From positions 192,001 through 256,000 of the forward strand of contig OZ244197.1 in NCBI GenBank assembly GCA_965216785.1: a stretch of DNA of 64,000 nt, written 5' to 3'. Every line of letters starts with the position of its first letter. Positions within the stretch are counted from its first letter, which is position 1. Below are positions 1-10,436 of the stretch, in pieces. The translations under genes and the position numbers were made by a program. Below the pieces are notes generated by a model, which was given only the letters and a program-made list of their open reading frames with translations, ran no database searches and was not told the origin of the DNA. The DNA comes from Thermodesulfobacteriota bacterium. GTDB lineage: Bacteria > Desulfobacterota_D > UBA1144 > Nemesobacterales > UBA2774.

Positions 1-38
1 TACCAAGTAAATCTGGAAAAAATCTTTCGAAAATAGGC

Positions 39-644
39 TCAATCCTCCATCCCTATGTAGCCGGGAGTGGATTTGATTCGCTCAATCCAAGAAATAACAG
101 AGCTAAAGGGCGAGAGATCGATACCGCCTTCAGGAGAAAGCAGCACGTAGGGGTAGCAGCCGATATCGGCAATGGAATAAGAGCCTGCAAGGAACTGGTT
201 TTGGGTAAGGTGGTCGTTTAGCACTGTTAGAGCTTTATTCCCCTCCACGTGTAGTCTCTTAAGCTGATTTTCATCCCGGTCTTCAGACGGCACAAATCGA
301 AGAAAATATCTTGCGAGGGCCAGGTTGGGATCTATTGTCGTTTTGCCGAACAAAAGCCACTGCGCGGCTCTACCGAAGGCCTCAGGATTATCAGGGAAGA
401 GATCATTAGGAGCGAATTTCCTGCCAAGATAAAGTAAAATGGCGTTTGATTCCCACATTGTAAAATCTCCGTCCTGTAAAACGGGGATTTTCATGTTGGG
501 ATTCATGCCCTGATGCTCCTCACTCTTATGCTCCCCTTTAAATATATCAACAATTACCCGCTCGTACGGGACACCCAGCTGACTCAGCAGAAGTCTCACT
601 TTATAGCAGTTTCCCGATAGCGGATGGTCGTAGAGTTTTATCAT
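39..644 (-). CDS. Glutathione S-transferase family protein
   Basis: N-terminal SGNCYKVRLLL, NPNMKIPVL and WESNAIL motifs; C-terminal YSIADI capping box. Confidence 0.92.
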   Translation of the reverse strand: MIKLYDHPLSGNCYKVRLLLSQLGVPYERVIVDIFKGEHKSEEHQGMNPNMKIPVLQDGDFTMWESNAILLYLGRKFAPNDLFPDNPEAFGRAAQWLLFGKTTIDPNLALARYFLRFVPSEDRDENQLKRLHVEGNKALTVLNDHLTQNQFLAGSYSIADIGCYPYVLLSPEGGIDLSPFSSVISWIERIKSTPGYIGMED

Positions 645-646
645 TG

Positions 647-1141
647 CTAGTCGTCTAAGTATTTCTGGAATTTCCCGGTAAACCTTTCTTTACCCATGAT
701 CCTGTATGTCACGGCGCGCTTGGGTATGACGTAATCTACGCGGCCCTTTGTACATACTTTCCCGCTACCATCTATAATCCTTACGTTTACGCTTATCTTG
801 CTCCCGTTCTCATTATCTATAGTCCCTATCACGGTTAGCTCAGAGGAGGCTCCTACGGGGCGCATGAAGTCCATATTGATGTTTGTCGTAAGCGCTATCT
901 TCTGGTACTTATCTAACATAGTCCAGAAAGCGACCTCGTCCATAAGCGCGCATTGTATGCCTCCGTGGAGTATGCCCGGGAAACCCTCTAGGTGCTTATC
1001 GGGGGTTATTTTTGTAAAGACTTCGCCTTTATCATCGTCTGCGAAGAATTTTAAGCGCAGTCCAAGCTCGTTACGCGGATCGCAAGCAAAGCACCCGTAG
1101 CCTGGGAAATCTAGGAATGTGTTTTCAATTTCTCGAATCAT
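647..1141 (-). CDS. PaaI-family (hotdog fold) thioesterase
   Basis: CFACDPRNELGL and GFPGILHGGIQCALMDE motifs. Confidence 0.88.
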   Translation of the reverse strand: MIREIENTFLDFPGYGCFACDPRNELGLRLKFFADDDKGEVFTKITPDKHLEGFPGILHGGIQCALMDEVAFWTMLDKYQKIALTTNINMDFMRPVGASSELTVIGTIDNENGSKISVNVRIIDGSGKVCTKGRVDYVIPKRAVTYRIMGKERFTGKFQKYLDD

Positions 1142-1184
1142 ATAGGTTAACGGCTCTCTTTATAAGTACCTATATAGGGAGAAT

Positions 1185-3635
1185 CTAAGTGTCTTCGGTG
1201 CCCGATTCCCTTTCGACTACTTTAGCTACGGCAGCTACCTTTTCATCAGGCTCAAGACCGATGAGCTTGACTCCCTGAGTGCCTCTTCCGAATATGCTTA
1301 TCTCTGAGGCATCCATTCGTATAACCTTGCCGCCGTGGGTGGTAATCATCATTATCTGAGTCTCATTCGTAACCTGAAAAGCGCCGACTACCTTGCCGTT
1401 TTTCTCTGTCGTTTTTATGGTTATCACACCCTTACCGCCCCTGCCCGTAAGCCTGTAGTCTTTGACAAGAGTCCTCTTACCATAGCCCATTTCGGTAACG
1501 GTGAGCACCTGGGCTTCAGGATTCTCAATTACCTCGAGACTGACGACTCGGTCGCCTTTATCTAGCCTGATACCTATAACCCCCGTTGCTGCTCGGCCCA
1601 TCTCGCGTACTGCCTCTTCATTAAATCTGATTGCTTGGCCGTAGTTGGAAGTCAGGAGTATCTCGTCGCTTCCGCTCGTGAGCCTGGCGTTTATAAGCTC
1701 GTCACCTTCTCTGATATTAAGGGCTATAATGCCTCCGACGCGGGGTTTCGAGTAAGCCATGAGCTTGGTCTTTTTGACCACGCCGTCCTTTGTGCCCATG
1801 ATTATAAATTGGTCTTCCTTGAACTCGCGAACAGGGAGCACCGCGGCTATTTTTTCCTCGGGGGCCAAATTGAGCAGGTTAACCAGAGCTTTACCCCTTG
1901 CCGTAGGACCCGCCTCGGGGATTTGGTGGACTTTTAACCAGTAGACTTTTCCTAAATTAGAGAAGAAAAGCACGTAATTGTGCTTTGAGGCTATAAAAAG
2001 GGTCTCGACAAAGTCAGTCTCCTTTGTAGTCATTCCGGTTCTGCCCTTTCCACCCCTGCGCTGGCTCCGGTATACGCTCAAAGGCGTTGTCTTTATGTAT
2101 TCTTCGTGGGTAATGGTTACTACCATGTCCTCGTCGGCTATGAGGTCCTCAAGAGAAATCTCCTCCGCGCTGTCTAGTATCTCAGTTCTTCTCTCATCAC
2201 CGTAGCGGTCTTTTATTGCTGTGAGCTCATCCGTTACTATACCGAGTATAAGCTGCTCCTTGTCCAGTATTTCCTTAAGGCGCTTTACGGTTGCTATGAG
2301 CTCTTTTCTCTCATCTAATATCTTGTCCCTTTCAAGTGCCGTGAGACGCTGGAGACGCATGTCCAATATGGCCTGAGCCTGAATATCGGAAAGTGAGAGT
2401 TTTGACATAAGTCCCGCTTTAGCGGTTGCGGGGCTGTCGGACTTGCGAATGAGCTTGATTACTTCATCGAGGTGATCAAGGGCGATCTTGAGTCCTTCCA
2501 ATATGTGCAGCCTCGCCTCGGCCTTGGCGAGCTCGAATTGGGTGCGCCGAGTTACAACCTCTTTTCTATGCTCAATGAAATGGCCTATAGTTTGTTTGAG
2601 TGAAAGCACCTGAGGCTGGTTTCTGACCAATGACAGCATGATAATACCAAACGAGGTGTCCATCGGGGTGTGCTTATAAAGCTGGTTCAGAACAACTTCG
2701 GCGATGTCGCTTTTCTTTATCTCAATGACAAGCCTTATACCGTCACGGTCGGACTCGTCCCTTATATCGGAAATGCCCTTAATCTTCTCTTCTTTAACGA
2801 GGTCCGCTATACGCTCTATGAGCCTTACTTTGTTAACCTGGTAGGGAATCTCGTTGACTATGATTATTTCTCTATCGCCTTTTTTCTGCTTTTCTATTTT
2901 GGCTTTGGCCCGTATGCGGATGATTCCGCGCCCTGTTTCGTAGGCTTGGCGTATCGGGTTTTTGCCCATTATAAAGCCGCCTGTAGGGAAATCAGGACCT
3001 GGGATGTGAGTCATTAATTCATCTATCGTGATATCGGGATTATTGGCCTGCGCCACTACGGCATTTATAAGCTCGGTCAGGTTATGAGGAGGAATATTTG
3101 TGGACATACCAACAGCGATTCCGGACGAGCCGTTTAAAAGGAGATTGGGGATCTTGGCCGGAAGAACCACTGGCTCATGCTCTCCGCCGTCGTAGTTCGG
3201 GACAAAGTCTACGGTGTCTTTGTCCAGGTCTTCGAGCATTTCGCTTGCGAGCCTGTCGAGCCTGACCTCGGTGTAACGCATGGCCGCAGGCGGGTCGCCG
3301 TCTATAGAGCCGAAGTTACCCTGACCGTCCACGAGCATGTATCGCATGGAGAAGTCCTGTGCCATTCTTACGAGCGTATCGTATATGGCGGCGTCTCCGT
3401 GCGGGTGGTATTTACCCATCACGTCTCCGACGATTCTGGCAGACTTTTTGTAGGGTCTGTTCCACTGGTTTCCCACCTCGTCCATGCCGAAGAGGATACG
3501 TCTGTGGACGGGTTTAAGCCCGTCGCGGACGTCGGGAAGCGCGCGTCCTATGATGACGCTCATCGAATAACTGAGATAAGATTCCTTCATCTCGTCTTCG
3601 ATATTTACAGGTAAAATCTGAGACGGTGTGCTCAT
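1185..3635 (-). CDS. gyrA: DNA gyrase subunit A
   Basis: [22 protein letters not shown], catalytic AAMRYTE, GyrA-box QRRGGKG, C-terminal pinwheel repeats; GGAGG RBS upstream. Confidence 0.98.
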   Translation of the reverse strand: MSTPSQILPVNIEDEMKESYLSYSMSVIIGRALPDVRDGLKPVHRRILFGMDEVGNQWNRPYKKSARIVGDVMGKYHPHGDAAIYDTLVRMAQDFSMRYMLVDGQGNFGSIDGDPPAAMRYTEVRLDRLASEMLEDLDKDTVDFVPNYDGGEHEPVVLPAKIPNLLLNGSSGIAVGMSTNIPPHNLTELINAVVAQANNPDITIDELMTHIPGPDFPTGGFIMGKNPIRQAYETGRGIIRIRAKAKIEKQKKGDREIIIVNEIPYQVNKVRLIERIADLVKEEKIKGISDIRDESDRDGIRLVIEIKKSDIAEVVLNQLYKHTPMDTSFGIIMLSLVRNQPQVLSLKQTIGHFIEHRKEVVTRRTQFELAKAEARLHILEGLKIALDHLDEVIKLIRKSDSPATAKAGLMSKLSLSDIQAQAILDMRLQRLTALERDKILDERKELIATVKRLKEILDKEQLILGIVTDELTAIKDRYGDERRTEILDSAEEISLEDLIADEDMVVTITHEEYIKTTPLSVYRSQRRGGKGRTGMTTKETDFVETLFIASKHNYVLFFSNLGKVYWLKVHQIPEAGPTARGKALVNLLNLAPEEKIAAVLPVREFKEDQFIIMGTKDGVVKKTKLMAYSKPRVGGIIALNIREGDELINARLTSGSDEILLTSNYGQAIRFNEEAVREMGRAATGVIGIRLDKGDRVVSLEVIENPEAQVLTVTEMGYGKRTLVKDYRLTGRGGKGVITIKTTEKNGKVVGAFQVTNETQIMMITTHGGKVIRMDASEISIFGRGTQGVKLIGLEPDEKVAAVAKVVERESGTEDT

Positions 3636-3799
3636 TTATATGGAGGCCTCCAAATATGCATAAATATTGGGTAATAACTTATATAAGGGGACGCTAAAGT
3701 CAATAAATTTGCCCACGCGGATTATTACGAGAATACTTTAAATAAAGCTCGTGGCACCTGCGTTTTAAGAAGCGACCATGAGAGAGTAAATTAGAAAAT

Positions 3800-4504
3800 A
3801 TGAAAAAATTCCTTAAGAGACTCTCAGTATTTGTTTTTAAGCTCGTGCTGATCGTTTTTCTGGCCACTTTCGGCCTGGTGCTCATATATAAATATATAAA
3901 CCCTCCGGTGACTCCGCTTATGGTGATGCGTTATCTTAGTCCGAAGGGAGATCAGAGGTCTATCCATAAGAAGTGGAAGGATTATGAGAATATTTCAGAT
4001 AATATGAAGCTTGCTGTGGTTGCGGCGGAGGACCAGAAATTTGCAACGCACCGGGGGTTTGACCTCGAGTCAATTCAGGACGCCATAGAAGACCGACTTG
4101 AAGGTGATGCGCTTAGGGGAGCGAGCACAATAACTCAGCAGACGGCAAAGAACGTGTTCCTATGGCCGGGGAGGTCATGGACGAGAAAAGGTGCTGAGGC
4201 ATATTTTACATTCCTTATTGAGAATATCTGGGGAAAGAAGAGAATACTCGAAGTATACTTGAACGTTATCGAGACGGGCGAGGGTGTTTACGGAGTGGAG
4301 AAGGCGTCTCAAATCTATTTCGGCAAGTCGGCCAAAACCCTTAGCGCAGAGCAGGCGGCGCTAATCGCGGCTGTGCTTCCAAACCCGGTGCTGATGTCGC
4401 CCACAAAGCCTTCCGGATATATAAACAGGAGAAAGCAATGGATTACGGGACAGATGAAGAACTTGGGCGGCAAGCGGTATCTCATTAAAATCGAGGAACG
4501 GTGA
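3800..4504 (+). CDS. mtgA: Monofunctional biosynthetic peptidoglycan transglycosylase
   Basis: N-terminal TM; GT51 motifs AEDQKF, GASTITQQTAKN, RKGAE, ILEVYLN. Confidence 0.95.
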   Translation: MKKFLKRLSVFVFKLVLIVFLATFGLVLIYKYINPPVTPLMVMRYLSPKGDQRSIHKKWKDYENISDNMKLAVVAAEDQKFATHRGFDLESIQDAIEDRLEGDALRGASTITQQTAKNVFLWPGRSWTRKGAEAYFTFLIENIWGKKRILEVYLNVIETGEGVYGVEKASQIYFGKSAKTLSAEQAALIAAVLPNPVLMSPTKPSGYINRRKQWITGQMKNLGGKRYLIKIEER

Positions 4505-4527
4505 GCCCGTCACATACGAGTCGTATA

Positions 4528-4556
4528 TTGACTTTCCTTACCCTCGGATGTAAAAA
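4528..4556 (+). promoter_or_regulatory. Putative sigma70 promoter of the SDR gene
   Basis: TTGACT-17 nt-TAAAAA about 40 nt upstream of the ATG at 4594. Confidence 0.4.
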
Positions 4557-4593
4557 ATATAGATAAGATAAAATTTAGTATTCAGGGGAGATT

Positions 4594-5373
4594 ATGGCTA
4601 AAGAAACAGTACTTATAACAGGGGCGTCATCGGGGATAGGGCTTGAATTCGCAAAGCTCTTCGCGGCGGACGGATCGGACCTTGTAATCGTGGCAAGGAG
4701 AGAAGAGCGTCTTAAGGAGATTTCGGGTGAGCTTGAGTCGGCGCATGGAGTAAAGGTGCACGTACTGGCGAAAGACCTTTCAAAGCCAAAGGCTCCCGAG
4801 GAAATATTCTCGCACCTTACAAAAGAAAAAATACAGATTGATGTGCTCGTGAATAACGCGGGTTTTGGTAAAAAGGAAGAATTCAGTAAAACGGATAAAG
4901 AGATTCACCTCGATATGGTGCAGGTGAACGTTATGGCGCTCACCCATCTGACGAAGTTATTCCTTACCGGCATATTAGAGCGAGGGCACGGCGGGATACT
5001 AAACGTGGGCTCGCTTGCGGGATTTCAGCCGGGGCCGAACCTTGCCGTCTACTTCGCGTCCAAGGCTTATGTGCTGTCCTTTACAGAAGCTCTTGCAGAA
5101 GAGATTGACAATCCGAATATCAAGATATCCTGCTTTGCCCCGGGGCCTGTAAGGACAGAGTTCGGAGAAAAGTCGAAGCTTGACGATTCACTTTTGTTCA
5201 AATTGAGCCTAATGGATTCAGAGCCAGCTGTAAAAATAGGTTACGAGGGTTTCAGGAAAGGCCAGATTCTTGTAATACCGGGACTTAAGCAGCAGGTTGT
5301 ACCATTACTGAACAGGATCACCCCGAGGTTCATGTTAAGGAAAATAGCCAAGAGACTTAATACCTCAGCCTAA
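4594..5373 (+). CDS. Short-chain dehydrogenase/reductase (DltE-like)
   Basis: TGASSGIG, NNAG, YFASK (YxxxK). Confidence 0.93.
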   Translation: MAKETVLITGASSGIGLEFAKLFAADGSDLVIVARREERLKEISGELESAHGVKVHVLAKDLSKPKAPEEIFSHLTKEKIQIDVLVNNAGFGKKEEFSKTDKEIHLDMVQVNVMALTHLTKLFLTGILERGHGGILNVGSLAGFQPGPNLAVYFASKAYVLSFTEALAEEIDNPNIKISCFAPGPVRTEFGEKSKLDDSLLFKLSLMDSEPAVKIGYEGFRKGQILVIPGLKQQVVPLLNRITPRFMLRKIAKRLNTSA

Positions 5374-5384
5374 CCCGATAGCGG

Positions 5385-7913
5385 TTAATCCAAGAACTCT
5401 TCGAGGTCCCTCAAAACTTTCTCGGCGGGGGCTATGGATTTCGAGCAGTTAGGCAGAGATTCCAAAAAGTACTTTCCGTAGAACTTGGATATAATCCGCG
5501 TGTCCAGAACGAGCACGGCCCCTTTGTCCGTTTTGGTCCTTATGAGCCTGCCGAAACCCTGCTTGAATTTAAGAACCGCGACAGGGAGGCTGTAGTCGGT
5601 AAATGAATTTAATCCCTGGCTCTCCATGTGCTCGACCCTGGCCTCGATAATGGGCTCTGTGGGCACCCTGAATGGGAGCCTCGTGATAATGACCAGGCTA
5701 AGCGCGCTGCCCGGAACATCCACACCTTCCCAGAAACTGTCTGTCGCGAAGAGCACCGAGCTGTCTACTTTCCTGAACTTATCCAGAAGTCTTGCCCTCG
5801 GGAGCACCCCTTGCTTGAGGCACATCATTCCCTCGCTCTCCAATCCCCTGTGGATATTCTGATATACAGTGTCAAGGAGTGAATAGGAGGTGAACAGTAT
5901 TAGCGCGCTTCCGTTCGAGAGTTTTAGGGCATCTGCTATGAGGGGTGAGATGGCTTCCGCATATGAGCTGGAGACAGGCTCGGGCAGATCATCTGGGATG
6001 GCCAGAAGCAGCTGCCTCTTGTAATTAAACGAGGAAGGCAGAATGAGCTCTTTGACCCTGGGCTCGTCCATGAGCCCGAGACCCGTTTTCATGAAATTAA
6101 AGCTCTTTCTTACTGCCATTGTGGCCGAGGTCATAACTACGGTCGAGGCTTTGGTATAGAGCCTTTCCTTTATTATCGGTGAGATATCAAGCGGCGAGAG
6201 TCCAAGCCCCGACAGCACCCCTCCCCTGCCCGTTCTGCCCTCGACCCACCTCACAAAACCGTCGTCCTCAAGACTGATGAAGCTTGAGATCACGTCAGAA
6301 GTATAGTCAAGCTTATTACCCACACCCCTGAATTCGACTATCAGCTTTGCGATATCGTTATCGGATTCATAGTCAAGCAGTATGTCGGTGAAGGCTTTAA
6401 TCTCTTCCTGAAGCTCTTTAAGCCTGATCCTGAGAATCGAGAATTTCTTATCTATCTCGGCCCAGGACTCCCTTCCGAACTCAACATCTGTGAGTCTGAG
6501 ATTGACCTCGTCTTTACCATTTTCTTTCTCGCGGGCGATTGAGAGCGCAAACTCGTATAAGGAATCGAACGCGTCCCTAACGTAGTCCTCAGCAGTATCT
6601 ACCTTGGGTGACAGATTCTGCTCAACGCGCTTTAAGACGTCATTTACAATTCCCTTTTGCAGCTGAGTCACGAGCTTTGCGGCAAGCGAAACGGTGTAGA
6701 AAATTAGCCCTTTGTGCTCACCCTTGCGGCCTTTTCTCTTAAGTCTCCTTAGCACTCGGATAATACCGAACTTGGTGGCCCTCATACCAAAATGGGACGT
6801 GGCCGCGTCTGTAATATGGTGAGCCTCGTCAAAAATGACTCTGTTAAAAGGGGGCAGGATGCCGGCGTCGCTCTTCTCGGACGCCCCCTTGATAGAAAGA
6901 TCTGAAAACAGTAGATGGTGGTTTACGACGAGCACCTGGGCCGAGGCGAGCTCGCGCCTGGATTTAAAGAAGAAGCAGCGAGAGTAATAAGGGCAGCGCG
7001 CCCTGAGACAGCTGTCGCTTTCCGCAGAGACCTTGTCCCATACGCTCTCGGGAGGCGTAAAGCTAAGATCGGACAGCGAGCCGTCCTCTGTGACCTTGGT
7101 CCACTCTAAAATGCTGCCAATGGGGTCAACCTCGTCGTCCTCCGCCATTTCAAAAAGACCGTCTGTGACAGTCTCGGCCCTTAGCAGACATAGATAATTC
7201 GCCATACCCTTTACGAGCGAGTAATTAAAATCCTGATTGAAAGCTTTATGCAGCAGGGGCAGATCTTTATCGATGAGCTGTTCCTGCAGATTAATAGTGT
7301 TGGTAGAAATAACGACCCGCTCTTCATTCTTGAGGGCCCAGCTCACAGCCGGGATCAAATATGAGAGCGTCTTACCCGTCCCGGTGCCCGCTTCCACAAG
7401 CGATATGAGGTTGTCGTTAAAGGCCGAAGTCACAGAGCTGAGCATCTCTACCTGCTCGCCGCGCTCTTCAAACTTCTCTGCCATTACCTGCTCTATTGCA
7501 CCGCCCGGAAGCAGGAATTCCTTTATTTCTTCAGGGTCTAACGGCTCGATCTCTTTTGGAACATAGGGCTCGACTACGACGTACACGCGAGAGGCTTTGT
7601 TGTTGACGATATAAAACCCTATACCCTCGTTCCCGAAGAGGGAAGCAATTTGTAAATCCTGCGCTGAGGGAGTGAGGCGGCCCGAGGGATGGTTATGAAT
7701 TACCACATCGCCAGTCGAAGCAGAGTCGAATATGGCAGGAACCGCGTTTTCATTGCCGCGGGCTACGACGCTTACATCCTCTACAATATAGTTTTCATCT
7801 AAAGAGCCAACAAAAAACACTTCGTTGCCCGAAGCGTTATTTATCTCGGACACGATCCGGCTCTTTGCTTTTTCGGAAAGGATCTCTTTTTCCACGGGAG
7901 ATAAAGCTAACAT
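5385..7913 (-). CDS. dinG: DinG/YoaA-family Fe-S helicase with N-terminal JAB/MPN-like domain
   Basis: EAGTGTGKT, DEAHH, SFWEGVDVPG, QGFGRLIR; Fe-S cysteines NYLC...CLRARCPYYSRC; N-terminal E...HNHPSG..PS..D. Confidence 0.9.
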   Translation of the reverse strand: MLALSPVEKEILSEKAKSRIVSEINNASGNEVFFVGSLDENYIVEDVSVVARGNENAVPAIFDSASTGDVVIHNHPSGRLTPSAQDLQIASLFGNEGIGFYIVNNKASRVYVVVEPYVPKEIEPLDPEEIKEFLLPGGAIEQVMAEKFEERGEQVEMLSSVTSAFNDNLISLVEAGTGTGKTLSYLIPAVSWALKNEERVVISTNTINLQEQLIDKDLPLLHKAFNQDFNYSLVKGMANYLCLLRAETVTDGLFEMAEDDEVDPIGSILEWTKVTEDGSLSDLSFTPPESVWDKVSAESDSCLRARCPYYSRCFFFKSRRELASAQVLVVNHHLLFSDLSIKGASEKSDAGILPPFNRVIFDEAHHITDAATSHFGMRATKFGIIRVLRRLKRKGRKGEHKGLIFYTVSLAAKLVTQLQKGIVNDVLKRVEQNLSPKVDTAEDYVRDAFDSLYEFALSIAREKENGKDEVNLRLTDVEFGRESWAEIDKKFSILRIRLKELQEEIKAFTDILLDYESDNDIAKLIVEFRGVGNKLDYTSDVISSFISLEDDGFVRWVEGRTGRGGVLSGLGLSPLDISPIIKERLYTKASTVVMTSATMAVRKSFNFMKTGLGLMDEPRVKELILPSSFNYKRQLLLAIPDDLPEPVSSSYAEAISPLIADALKLSNGSALILFTSYSLLDTVYQNIHRGLESEGMMCLKQGVLPRARLLDKFRKVDSSVLFATDSFWEGVDVPGSALSLVIITRLPFRVPTEPIIEARVEHMESQGLNSFTDYSLPVAVLKFKQGFGRLIRTKTDKGAVLVLDTRIISKFYGKYFLESLPNCSKSIAPAEKVLRDLEEFLD

Positions 7914-7991
7914 AGACGCGGGATATTGCTAAGGTTTCAGTGTGATTGTATTATAATGTCCCCTTTGGTACTGTATCAGAAAGTTAAAACG

Positions 7992-8081
7992 GGAGGGATG
8001 GCCGAGCGGACGAAGGCGCTGGTCTCGAAAACCAGTATGCGGGCAACCGTATCGTGGGTTCGAATCCCACTCCCTCCGCCA
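7992..8081 (+). tRNA. tRNA-Ser(CGA)
   Basis: Acceptor stem GGAGGGA/TCCCTCC, anticodon arm CTGGT-CTCGAAA-ACCAG, long variable arm, GGTTCGAATCC, encoded CCA. Confidence 0.97.
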
Positions 8082-8094
8082 CTATGTGCTTAGC

Positions 8095-8856
8095 TCATTT
8101 TACCGCGCGACAAACAAAGAACTCATATCCGTACCACTCGTGAAACCGCCTGCGCATCTGGATTTCTCGGGCTGTCATATCTACTACGCTTACAGCTTCT
8201 TCATCGCCTTTGTATTTTTCATAGAGCGCCGGAAGCTTCGCCTCAAGAGGTGTATAATAGTGATCCCACCAATCTGAATCAGGCAGGGTAAAATGAGCTT
8301 TTAATTCATAGCCTGCAGAATTTATCATATCGATGTTATTAGCTATGTCCGTCATTAGAGGATATTCCTCTCCGAAGAACTCATATACTTCTGAAGGAGG
8401 GTCTGAGTCTAACCATACTAGTTCTGATAATGCTGTGTATCCCCCGGGTTTCAGAAACGGTTTCCAACTTTCAAGAGCATTGCCGAACCCCATACAATAT
8501 GCCGAGCCTTCCGCCCAAATAAGGTCGAAGCTGCCGGGCTCGTAAGGAAGCGTATTCATATCCCCGAGCTTAACATCAATACATTCTAAAATCCCCTGCC
8601 TGGCAGCACGCTCTTTAAGTTCGTCCAAGTACTCTTGCAAGAGGTCCAAAGCGCTAACTTTACAGTTTAGGTTCTTTGCAAGCGCGATAGTCTGCATTCC
8701 CGGACCGCAGCCAATATCTAAAACGGAAGGTTTCTCGGGTAATTTATCACAGAATGACAGCGCCTTTAGGGTACTTTCGTTAGAGCCTGGCCCCTGACGG
8801 GGGAGTCCACGCTGTATATCGAGGAAAATCTCAAATAGTCTAGAATCGCCGGACAT
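8095..8856 (-). CDS. Class I SAM-dependent methyltransferase
   Basis: VLDIGCGPG, FDLIWAEG, LKPGG motifs. Confidence 0.9.
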   Translation of the reverse strand: MSGDSRLFEIFLDIQRGLPRQGPGSNESTLKALSFCDKLPEKPSVLDIGCGPGMQTIALAKNLNCKVSALDLLQEYLDELKERAARQGILECIDVKLGDMNTLPYEPGSFDLIWAEGSAYCMGFGNALESWKPFLKPGGYTALSELVWLDSDPPSEVYEFFGEEYPLMTDIANNIDMINSAGYELKAHFTLPDSDWWDHYYTPLEAKLPALYEKYKGDEEAVSVVDMTAREIQMRRRFHEWYGYEFFVCRAVK

Positions 8857-9009
8857 TCAATACCTCACTAAGTTATCCCTAATTGAAAAGTGCCCAAAAC
8901 GGTGTATTGCTGAGTGCTTTTTCTAAAATTCTACGGATTTAACGACTAAAGTCATTACTTCAAATTATTAAATGTAATCAAAACCCCCAAGCTAACTTCC
9001 CTTTTTCCT

Positions 9010-10125
9010 CTAAGGCGCGTGGGCCAGTTCGCGAAGCCAGTTGTAGTGCGAGCGCACGCCGTCCAAAAATCCCCCGTGGGCAGAATATGGAACGCCGTAT
9101 TCTTTACAGGTTTCTTCTACTATGTGTGACATTTGAGGGTAGTTTAAATGGCAGATCTGAGGGTGCAGGTGATGCTCTACCTGGTAATTGAGCCCACCTA
9201 GGTACCATGTGAGGAGCCTGTTGCCCCTGGCAAAGTCCACAGTCGTGTGTATCTGATGAACGGTCCAAGTCCTGTCCATTATCCCCGCTTCTTGGTCCTG
9301 CATAGGAAACTCGGCTTCCTCAACGCAGTGCGCGAGCTGAAATACGATTGACATTATAACACCCTGCACCATTGTTATTAATACATAAAATCCAACCACG
9401 TAGGGAAGTGGATAATATAAGGAAGGAACCACAAAAGCTATCAGGAAGAAAAATATCTTCCCTCCGAAGAATATAAAAGCGTCCATACCTCTTGGGCGTT
9501 TTATGCTGTGTCCGTTTAACTTGCCGGTGAAGTAGACTTCGAAATCATCAAACAGTTGCCATTTAATCGCGAGGAAACCATAGAGGAACCAAATATATAT
9601 GTGCTGGAAACGGTGGAAAAAGTATTTCTTCTGATGCGGTGTGAACCGCGCGAATACCCCTACCTCGACATCACCGTCGTGCCCCGTAATATTGGTATAG
9701 GAATGATGGTCGAGGTTATGTTTTATTACCCACATGTACGAGCTTCCGCCGATCAGGTCGAGCCAGTGTCCCATGAGCTTATTCACAACCCTGCGTTTTG
9801 AATACGCACCGTGGATAGCGTCGTGCATCACGTTAAACGAAAGGGCGTTAAGGGCGAGACTAAGAGATAGTGATGCTAAAAGAATGCCCCAAACGGGAAG
9901 AGCGGCAAAAACTATTAGACAGTAAGAAACTATAACCCAAGATATAGAGATAAAGGACTTTAAGTACATATTGAAAGGGCCCTTCTTCGAGTTTGAGTTG
10001 TTCTCGAAAAAAGCGTTTATTCTCCGGCTAAGCTCTTTTTCAAACTCGGTGTTTGGAGCAAAACGTATTTTTACTTTTGAATTCAGTTTTTTATTAGAAC
10101 CACTCACGGCACTTGTCTTTGACAT
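9010..10125 (-). CDS. Membrane fatty acid (acyl-CoA) desaturase
   Basis: His boxes HDAIH, HNLDHH, QVEHH; TM segments; ATG at 10125 preferred over the longer ORF start at 10188. Confidence 0.9.
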   Translation of the reverse strand: MSKTSAVSGSNKKLNSKVKIRFAPNTEFEKELSRRINAFFENNSNSKKGPFNMYLKSFISISWVIVSYCLIVFAALPVWGILLASLSLSLALNALSFNVMHDAIHGAYSKRRVVNKLMGHWLDLIGGSSYMWVIKHNLDHHSYTNITGHDGDVEVGVFARFTPHQKKYFFHRFQHIYIWFLYGFLAIKWQLFDDFEVYFTGKLNGHSIKRPRGMDAFIFFGGKIFFFLIAFVVPSLYYPLPYVVGFYVLITMVQGVIMSIVFQLAHCVEEAEFPMQDQEAGIMDRTWTVHQIHTTVDFARGNRLLTWYLGGLNYQVEHHLHPQICHLNYPQMSHIVEETCKEYGVPYSAHGGFLDGVRSHYNWLRELAHAP

Positions 10126-10436
10126 GATTGATTTATGCTGTTTATACGGGAGCCCGGAACTATGGAGGGTATCCTTCAAAAATCTCAATAATTACTGATA
10201 CGTATGTGTATTTTGGAGCCGTGATAAGGAATTAGGGCTGAGAAAACACTTCAAACTATCTGTAAATATTTATTTGTTGCGGACTCGGGTGTATAAATTT
10301 TCCCCTTTTGTGTTTAGAATAATTGTTATCACGGTGCTTGGAACCCGATAGTGAGCCAAGTACAGCGTTTTGATTTGAGCAACATTATATATCACGACAT
10401 TAAATAAGTACAATTCATCAATACAGAGATAAAGAT

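Noticed and set aside
798-3614. Antisense ORFs within gyrA and the thioesterase (similar shadows occur in pil, amt, ATPase and mutase genes)
   Set aside because: Fully nested opposite well-supported genes with no motifs; expected codon-bias shadows
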